A stretch of 24,402 nucleotides of DNA from a virus, in IMG/VR virus record IMGVR_UViG_3300005253_000923, positions 627-25,028 of that record, one strand, 5' to 3'. The notes below the pieces were generated by a model. The model saw only the letters and a program-made list of their open reading frames with translations. It ran no database searches and was not told the DNA's origin. Each line of letters begins with the position of its first letter. Position 1 is the stretch's first letter. Positions 17,970 through 24,402 of the stretch are shown one piece after another. Both the position numbers and the translations under genes were made by a program.

Positions 17970-20677
17970 TAGCTGACACTCCTTAGCTTGCCACGCGCCT
18001 CGACGGTAACGGCAATGGACTCCATCGCCCATCGGCTTCCGGCTGTACCGACTACGTCCAAGTAAGCTACCCCACCGGAAAGACGAGGATAACGATTGCG
18101 GTTATGGCCAGCAGACAAGGTGGTCGTGTATCGTGCCGATGCGTTGTACGCCTCCTGCGCAGAGTCGCCCATGCGAATTTCCAGCGTCACGTCATTGCTC
18201 AGCACGTCGAGGGAAACTGCAAGTTCATGCAGCACGCCAGACCGATAAGCCGAACCGCCTAGCAGCAGCGGACCATACCGCATCCGTGTGTCGAAATTCG
18301 TTCCGTCATCGTCCTCGATTGTCGAATCGTGACGCCGCACATAGCCGTCACGACCACCCCAAATAGCCAAGGGTATCCCAACCGCCCCGGGCTGGTATGT
18401 GGTTGCCGACATCAAGTCGTGGTCCTGCGAATATGAGTCTGGGAAAAATCCTCCCGTGCGCACGTCATATCCGTAGTGAATGCTGTTTGATGGAGTCGCC
18501 TTGTCGGATACGGCAATGTGCACGACACGACTGGCAACATTGTAACTCAAGGATACTTCGTAACGATCGCTACGAAGGCCGATCAATTCTTGCGGTATTA
18601 AGTCGCGGGAAAGCGGCACGGCTTGCGTTGGGCCGATTTCATACAACCCGTCCTGAGTCAAGGCCACAAGACGGCCTTCTGATGTTTGAGCCCATGCGTC
18701 AATGCTTACAATGCCCACGTCGCGGGTGATGTTGTTCATCCGCCCACCATCGCGCGGATTGCCGCGTAGGACATAAAAACTGGTCTTGCAGGCTAACACC
18801 AACAGATCGTCGGTGATCGGGATAGCTGTCACCAGGGGTTCACCGAGTAGCCCGGCGAACTCGCTTTGCGTGCCGTTGACTGCTGCAGCTACGCCCATAG
18901 AGGCGATCAGCGTTCCTGTGGTTCCACCATCAGCGTTTACTGCGCCCGTATCGCCATAATCATAGATAAACGGATAACCCGCCGCTGACATCCACCAGCC
19001 ATGAGGCGCAATCTCGTTATTACACCACACGATACGGTTCTGCCAAGTGGTCACGGATTTGCATCCGGCGGGGGCTACTGACACGGGACCGTTAGAGTCC
19101 AGTTCAACCGTGCCCGTACTGTGAAGAACCAATGTGTCATCTTCCGAATCGTAAACCTTGGGATAACGAAGAATACGATAGGCGACCGCCGTACTCGTGT
19201 AAGTACCAGAAGTGCCAACTGTAAAGGTTACGCCATTCGTGTTATGTACCGCTGTGATAGGATACGCAGCAGCAACCACGGGCGCACTATCAGACGATGT
19301 GATACTAAGTATTTCCACGACATCATTAGCAATATCGATATTCTTGGAATCCCAGCCATCACCAGTCGAAACATCGGTATCTTGCAGCACGACATCGGTG
19401 CCGGACGTTTCTGCGACCGAGGCATTGGCGTGAGCAACCTTGCGTTGATGCCTTACCTCGTAATCAGCAATGATGAGTTTTTGCAGACTCGGCGCAGAAT
19501 ATATCCGAACGTCAGAGGTCAGATTGACGCTGGAACCAGTCAATTTGTTCAATGCACCCTGTGGCGTCTCGCGGTACAAGTCTGCGTTAGCAGCAGCTAC
19601 GACAAATTCAGGCGGAAAGCCACCGCTGTCTAGCGTGTATTCCAAGCGGAAGCTGTCTATTGCTGCCGCACTGCCACCGGAAGTACCCAATGCTAGTGCG
19701 AAGCCGACATTATCACCAGTCGGAGTCAGAGTTTGCGTTTTTGACACATCCAAAACGAAACTACCATCTGCCTCTTCCCATCTAGCATAAAGAGAATCCA
19801 CACCAACGGTTAATGAAAACCAACCAGGTCCGAAGGTGCTGCTGTGTGGCGGAGTGACCGTAGCAACTTCCACATCGTCAACACGAAGAGAAATCTGCAA
19901 CTGATTGACGGTAAATGGTCGAACAAGGCGCGCCTCCACGCTATCCTCACTGCCGGTGCCCGTATTGACCGGCGTGGAGTTGTGCATATTGGCATAAAGA
20001 TGGTATGTTTGTTCCACCGTGCCGCTTGGGATGTAGACAGACACAGTGCGCGTGGCTGATTGCTCAATGTCCAACACGCTGCCCGATTTGAGCACGTTGC
20101 CCCAAATTACCCCAAGGGTCGCTGGCCCAATCGCTTGCCCTCCTGTAAATGTCGCCGTTTGCGCAGTCCAAGACGCGGCATCCCAATTAGCGTTGGAATC
20201 CAACTCGTCCCCAAACACGCTGAATCCGCTGGTGTTGAGCGTGCGCACCGCCGTCAGCATATTGATGATTATTGAGACGTTGACCTTAAACGAACCATTC
20301 ACGTCAGCGGCATTGAACGCAGACGTAAGTGTTACCTGGGTTGTCAATACAAACGCATCAATAGTATAAGTCCGGTACGGCGATTCGTCCATCGTAATGA
20401 CCTTGCCGACCGAACCTGGACCGAACACCGACTCAGTGCTATTGAAGGTTGTACCGCTGGAAGCACCGTTCTCTGTACCATTATTCCTGCCGAGTCGAAG
20501 CGCAAATGCCTTGCGCAATCCGGGCCGCGAACCCATGCGTGCCCGGTCCTCGATGGTGTCGTGAGCGCGGACGTTGAGTAGCAGTGCTGAAGTGTCGAAC
20601 AGCCTGTTGACGTACCCCTGCCCCCGGTACATGCCGCGCGTCGGGGCTACTAAAGTGATCGCACGGTGTTCGGGCAT
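17969..20677 (-). CDS. large beta-rich virion protein (902 aa); tentatively tail tubular B / nozzle-like with an inserted lectin-like region
   Basis: Track ORF with GAGGA SD. The C-terminal logic (...NRYPRLSGGVAYLDVVGTAGSRWAMESIAVTVEARGKLR) is reminiscent of the T7 gp12 C-terminus. The functional call is weak. Confidence 0.7.
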   Translation of the reverse strand: MPEHRAITLVAPTRGMYRGQGYVNRLFDTSALLLNVRAHDTIEDRARMGSRPGLRKAFALRLGRNNGTENGASSGTTFNSTESVFGPGSVGKVITMDESPYRTYTIDAFVLTTQVTLTSAFNAADVNGSFKVNVSIIINMLTAVRTLNTSGFSVFGDELDSNANWDAASWTAQTATFTGGQAIGPATLGVIWGNVLKSGSVLDIEQSATRTVSVYIPSGTVEQTYHLYANMHNSTPVNTGTGSEDSVEARLVRPFTVNQLQISLRVDDVEVATVTPPHSSTFGPGWFSLTVGVDSLYARWEEADGSFVLDVSKTQTLTPTGDNVGFALALGTSGGSAAAIDSFRLEYTLDSGGFPPEFVVAAANADLYRETPQGALNKLTGSSVNLTSDVRIYSAPSLQKLIIADYEVRHQRKVAHANASVAETSGTDVVLQDTDVSTGDGWDSKNIDIANDVVEILSITSSDSAPVVAAAYPITAVHNTNGVTFTVGTSGTYTSTAVAYRILRYPKVYDSEDDTLVLHSTGTVELDSNGPVSVAPAGCKSVTTWQNRIVWCNNEIAPHGWWMSAAGYPFIYDYGDTGAVNADGGTTGTLIASMGVAAAVNGTQSEFAGLLGEPLVTAIPITDDLLVLACKTSFYVLRGNPRDGGRMNNITRDVGIVSIDAWAQTSEGRLVALTQDGLYEIGPTQAVPLSRDLIPQELIGLRSDRYEVSLSYNVASRVVHIAVSDKATPSNSIHYGYDVRTGGFFPDSYSQDHDLMSATTYQPGAVGIPLAIWGGRDGYVRRHDSTIEDDDGTNFDTRMRYGPLLLGGSAYRSGVLHELAVSLDVLSNDVTLEIRMGDSAQEAYNASARYTTTLSAGHNRNRYPRLSGGVAYLDVVGTAGSRWAMESIAVTVEARGKLRSVS

Positions 20678-20704
20678 GACCGTCCTCTCAGCAATGGCGA
20701 CGGA

Positions 20705-21478
20705 TTAGGTGTACGACGGAGTCGCCACACTCATAACGAACCCGGTCAGAAACCAATTAGTGCCGTCGCAGTACATCCTGATGACAGTTCCAACGCTGGG
20801 AAGGTCTATCTGAATGGTGGCGTCATCCGAACCATTCGGCGCAACGATTGTTACCTCCGAAGCCGTAGCTTCAGCAACATCAGACTTGCACCACAAGACA
20901 CCACCCTTGTAGTAGTTGGTGTCCGATCCGGTGACGATCAGCCAGTCGTGGCTGTCTGCCGCCTCCATCGTTGACCAGAACTCGTAGTAGAGCCCGGCCG
21001 CCGCAGTCGGCAGCGTAAAGGTTCTATCCGCCGACACGTTGGCAACATGGTGTATCTTGCCGGAGTTCGCAGCCAACACGGTGTAATCGGCGTCGGCAAC
21101 CACGATCATCAACGTCTGGTCGCCACCGATACGAGCAATCGCGGTCTGGCCGGTAGCAACCGTCAAGACATTACTATCGGCGTCGTTCTTTAGCGTGATG
21201 TCGTTGGTGGTCCCCTGCCCGGTGAGGATCAAGCCCTCGGCCACAGTATAGCCCATCGAGGCGTTGTCACCGACGACCGTATCGCCAGCCGCCATAATTG
21301 CGCCGTCTTGGAGAACAACACCGTCAATCGTCACCCCTGTAGCGGACGTTGATTCAGCAATTACGTCGGCGGCAATACCCTTCGTTCCGGTGTCCAGCGC
21401 TGCCGTCAGGCCGGTGAGGTCGAGCCCCTGACGAACCGCATTCACAATTTTCGTAAGGACGTTATGGCCCATACTCAT
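20705..21478 (-). CDS. fibre-like virion protein (257 aa)
   Basis: Track ORF; AAGGAG SD; TGVTIDGVVLQDG and a Thr/Gly/Ala-rich beta-type sequence. Confidence 0.7.
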   Translation of the reverse strand: MSMGHNVLTKIVNAVRQGLDLTGLTAALDTGTKGIAADVIAESTSATGVTIDGVVLQDGAIMAAGDTVVGDNASMGYTVAEGLILTGQGTTNDITLKNDADSNVLTVATGQTAIARIGGDQTLMIVVADADYTVLAANSGKIHHVANVSADRTFTLPTAAAGLYYEFWSTMEAADSHDWLIVTGSDTNYYKGGVLWCKSDVAEATASEVTIVAPNGSDDATIQIDLPSVGTVIRMYCDGTNWFLTGFVMSVATPSYT

Positions 21479-21527
21479 GTCAATACTCCTTGTTAGAAGC
21501 GACCCAGCTCAACGGGCAGTTCGCTTC

Positions 21528-22211
21528 CTAAAATTTCCTGAGAGAAAGGGGCTTCCAGATGGCCCCAACAGTCGTAGCGCTGTTAAGCGTCGGTACTAAG
21601 ATGCCGAAATACTCGTACCTCGAACGCGAAAAATCAACAATTATAGGGATCGGACCGTTTGCATTTGATGGCGGTGCCCCCGTTACAGCAACGGAACTAC
21701 TGATGCTCTTGTGGGTGGTATAATAGTTGGCAATAAAGCCAGCCCCATCCCAATCCTCTTCGTAGCTGATCCCCATTTCCAATTCGTAATCTGCGACTAC
21801 ATGGGTGTCACACAAACGATACTCTGTTGCAGGTAAGAACGCAGCACGAATACTTTTATGCGTTTCTAACGATGCATGGAACCCTGTACTTGCCGCAGAT
21901 GTATGAGTACCAAATGTCGCTTGAACACTGCCCATAAATACACCTGGACCACTAGCGTCCCAACCATAGAGTGTCAAGACGGGATTATGTCCATCCGAAG
22001 CTGCACCAAGGATCATAATTTTGATTGCTTCATAACGACTGACATTCAAGAACTCGATAGTATCTTGAATAAAGCTCACATCATTGAGATTTTGCCCCAA
22101 TCTCGGGCTGTTAACTGACGTTTGGACACCACTGAGCGACTTCAACAGTTGCCACTTCTTCTCAGCCTGAACATCCGTATCCGGGTTAAGTATCGTTGCA
22201 GGTCCAGCCAT
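21528..22211 (-). CDS. hypothetical protein (227 aa), compositionally atypical (low GC)
   Basis: Track ORF; GGGAG SD; three hand-counted 60-nt lines give 35-48% GC against 62-70% in sampled flanking lines. Confidence 0.7.
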   Translation of the reverse strand: MAGPATILNPDTDVQAEKKWQLLKSLSGVQTSVNSPRLGQNLNDVSFIQDTIEFLNVSRYEAIKIMILGAASDGHNPVLTLYGWDASGPGVFMGSVQATFGTHTSAASTGFHASLETHKSIRAAFLPATEYRLCDTHVVADYELEMGISYEEDWDGAGFIANYYTTHKSISSSVAVTGAPPSNANGPIPIIVDFSRSRYEYFGILVPTLNSATTVGAIWKPLSLRKF

Positions 22212-22214
22212 GAT

Positions 22215-23408
22215 TTAACTCCCTGTAGCCGTTCCAATCAAACTCTTGACGTTCAACACTAGCGGATTGTCGCGGCTGTCACGCCGCATGAACCCGGCGA
22301 TGAAATTGTGATGCCGCGAACGGTCACGACTGACGGCGTTGTTCACCTTCAAGATCGCCTCCGCCCAACGATCGCCACGTTGGCCGTAGCGTTCCTCTTC
22401 GCAAATGGCGAGCACGAACGACAACAGTACGTCCGCCATTTCCGGGCCGCCCAGCGGATACGGATTCGCCGCGCTCATGCCCTGCGGCTGCACCATGTAC
22501 GGCAGGGCCGCCGCATAGTTGCCGCCCGAACGCGGATATACGATCAACTCCTGGTTCTGGGCCGCTGTGCCGTCACTCACGATCCATCGAATAGCCGCAA
22601 AGCGCGGATAGCCGGTACTCGAATCGCGGGCACGCATCGAACGCACCAAATCCGGTTCCATGAGTTGCGGCTGCTCCGTCCACACATTGTCAATCCACAC
22701 CAACGCAGGCGCGGCCGGAGACTCGAAATCCGCAGGTAGCCGGTACACGCCGTCGCCGGTAATCGTAAACGTATCCGTTATGCTGAATGCGGCGTCCACC
22801 TCTCCGCTGGCATCGCCGGTGACGACGACAACCGTAGTGCTCGTAAAGGCAGTAATTAGATAGGCAGTACCCGACGATGTTCCCTCCAGGTACTGTCCAA
22901 CCATGCCGGACGTAAAAACGGCCGTGGTGGCCGTCACCGTACTGGACGGGTCGGAATAGCTTGGCGTTCCACTCGTCGTGCCAGTAGTCGCCACTTCGCC
23001 CGAAGCGTCGCCCGTCAAGACGATCGCCGTGCTCGACGTATACGCGGAAATGGCGTAGCTGGTGCTCGACGTATCGAACGTCAAATTGAGACCGATCATC
23101 GTATCGTAAAAAGTGGCCGACCCGGCAGTAATCGCCGTTGTCGTGGTGTAGACCGGCACAGTAGATGTAGCCGTACTGGCCACGTCCGCCCATAGCGTTA
23201 TCAAGCCGGGGTTACGAAGGCACGACCAAACATGCGGCGGATCAACGGGCGGATGTAGAAAGCACGTCCGTTCGGCGCGCAAGATCAGTCGGTCGATCGT
23301 TGCCTTTTCGGCGGTCTCCAAAGACGAATAGCCTGCGCCGCCGTATATCTGCGCGCAGCCTGCGTCCTGGTAGTCCCCGATCTGCATATCGAGACTGGCC
23401 ACAGTCAT
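22215..23408 (-). CDS. virion structural protein with an internal tandem about-55-aa repeat (397 aa); possible head-tail adaptor (weak)
   Basis: Track ORF; repeat units end ISAYTSSTAIVLTGDASGEV and ITAFTSTTVVVVTGDASGEV; position is upstream of the tail genes. Confidence 0.7.
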   Translation of the reverse strand: MTVASLDMQIGDYQDAGCAQIYGGAGYSSLETAEKATIDRLILRAERTCFLHPPVDPPHVWSCLRNPGLITLWADVASTATSTVPVYTTTTAITAGSATFYDTMIGLNLTFDTSSTSYAISAYTSSTAIVLTGDASGEVATTGTTSGTPSYSDPSSTVTATTAVFTSGMVGQYLEGTSSGTAYLITAFTSTTVVVVTGDASGEVDAAFSITDTFTITGDGVYRLPADFESPAAPALVWIDNVWTEQPQLMEPDLVRSMRARDSSTGYPRFAAIRWIVSDGTAAQNQELIVYPRSGGNYAAALPYMVQPQGMSAANPYPLGGPEMADVLLSFVLAICEEERYGQRGDRWAEAILKVNNAVSRDRSRHHNFIAGFMRRDSRDNPLVLNVKSLIGTATGS

Positions 23409-23411
23409 CGT

Positions 23412-23735
23412 TTACGCTCCGGCGGGCACCAACTGTGCTTTGAGCGCCTTGCCTTCCTTGGTTCGCATATCGACCTTAGGCAAGTCCGGGTCAGGTGGTG
23501 CCGCTACCGGCGTAGCGACCTCCTTCACATACTTGATCGGAATTCCCAAATCCTTGGCCCTGGCCCACCATAGAGGAACGTCAGTCTGCGGAACGCCGTC
23601 GGAAAAGCCGCATCGCTTGTAGCTGATCCCAACGTCGTGCCAATACCGCTCCATCTCTCGGGAGAACCGGCCCTCGAACCGACGTTCGCTGACCAGATTG
23701 CGTAAACAATACTCAACGTGATGTCTCATTCGCAT
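23412..23735 (-). CDS. hypothetical protein (107 aa)
   Basis: ATG 23735 within track ORF 23412..23744 (TAATG with the upstream stop). Confidence 0.6.
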   Translation of the reverse strand: MRMRHHVEYCLRNLVSERRFEGRFSREMERYWHDVGISYKRCGFSDGVPQTDVPLWWARAKDLGIPIKYVKEVATPVAAPPDPDLPKVDMRTKEGKALKAQLVPAGA

Positions 23736-24402
23736 TAGCCGCACGCCTCATTGCCGCGCGAAATCAGAGGTTCCGACCACACGCGATAACCACTCATGCG
23801 CAGAATGCCGATGGCATCGTCTGACGCCTTGTGTAGGAACGTCGCACCCATCGGAATCTGTACGCTGTCCGTTGATTTCGGGAACGTCGAAGCCGTCACA
23901 TTGGCCGCCGTTGTGAACGTGGAACTCTTCACCCCGTCAAGCCAGTAGGTAATCCGCTCCGAATCGCTGGCCAGTGGATTGAAGTCGAACCCAAATCGAT
24001 TCCACTTATCCGCCACCGGGACAAGCGCCCCGGAAATCGGGGTCTGCAACGCCGATCCGTTCTCCTGATAGACGACGTTGATGGCGTTACCGTCCGCCGC
24101 CAGGATTTGACAACCGATGCCGTGAAAGGTGGACACCAGTGCGCCGGTGTTATCCGCTAATGCGCCGGTAGCCAAAGCCTGTCCAGCAAGACCAATGAAG
24201 ATCATGTTGTCATTATCTGTCACCGCATTCAGACAAAAACGACACTCGAAACGGACGCGTGCCACATGGTGGTACGGGAACGAGTCATCCTCATCGGCGG
24301 TCGCCAGGACATACGAACGACTACCCTGCATGTACGTTTCATCGTTATCGCCGCTGGACGCCGCATTCGCCAACTGCACCACACCGCCTTGGGCGCTTGC
24401 GC
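23735..24402 (-). CDS. virion structural protein, 5'-partial (continues beyond the window)
   Basis: The frame is open to the window edge upstream of the track start at 24382; beta-rich, jelly-roll-like sequence; first gene of the visible late operon. Confidence 0.65.
   Translation of the reverse strand, partial: ASAQGGVVQLANAASSGDNDETYMQGSRSYVLATADEDDSFPYHHVARVRFECRFCLNAVTDNDNMIFIGLAGQALATGALADNTGALVSTFHGIGCQILAADGNAINVVYQENGSALQTPISGALVPVADKWNRFGFDFNPLASDSERITYWLDGVKSSTFTTAANVTASTFPKSTDSVQIPMGATFLHKASDDAIGILRMSGYRVWSEPLISRGNEACG

Noticed and set aside
22308-23193. Alternative-frame ORFs 22690..23193 (minus, 167 aa) and 22308..22739 (plus, 143 aa) within the 397-aa gene
   Set aside because: Their translations are Arg/Gly/His-rich with no coupling signals. 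The 397-aa frame carries the protein-level internal repeat and fits the operon spacing.
1-24402. CRISPR arrays, rRNA genes, transposase/IS elements, integrase and lysis cassette
   Set aside because: I looked for regular short repeats, long conserved RNA genes, DDE or tyrosine/serine recombinase motifs, and holin/endolysin-like products. None was found that I could support from the sequence.

Overview
The window reads as part of a tailed dsDNA phage or prophage genome. Two convergent arms meet at 13209/13234.

Left arm (+ strand, 28-13209): about 45 short, tightly packed early or accessory genes, many of them overlapping. Recognisable products are an ERF-type annealase with a YqaJ-type exonuclease, a VRR-NUC nuclease, a Lar-like protein, a DnaA-C-terminal-like HTH protein and a lipoprotein. 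There are also many small CxxC zinc-ribbon-like proteins and two tRNAs (Tyr-GTA and Glu-TTC).

Right arm (- strand, 24402 down to 13234): one tightly coupled late or virion operon. It encodes a 902-aa beta-rich protein (tentatively tail-nozzle-like), a LamG-like protein and several fibre or receptor-binding-like proteins. No tape-measure-like gene is present in the window, which suggests a podovirus-like tail.

I could not identify a terminase, portal, polymerase, integrase, lysis gene, CRISPR array or reverse transcriptase in this window.

The most unusual features are:
1. A gene-poor, RNA-rich stretch (2012-4102). It holds a 750-bp ORF-free locus in which three paralogous structured elements are interleaved with a tRNA-like element and tRNA-Tyr. 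It also holds two copies of a promoter-like repeat, each followed by a hairpin/terminator unit.
2. Perfectly conserved 20-52 nt sequences at gene junctions. These bracket single genes or cap otherwise divergent tandem paralogues.
3. A strongly recurrent 8-nt start/stop overlap (ATGNNTGA).
4. A low-GC gene inside the virion operon.

All functional calls rest on motif recognition from memory and manual folding. No searches were run.
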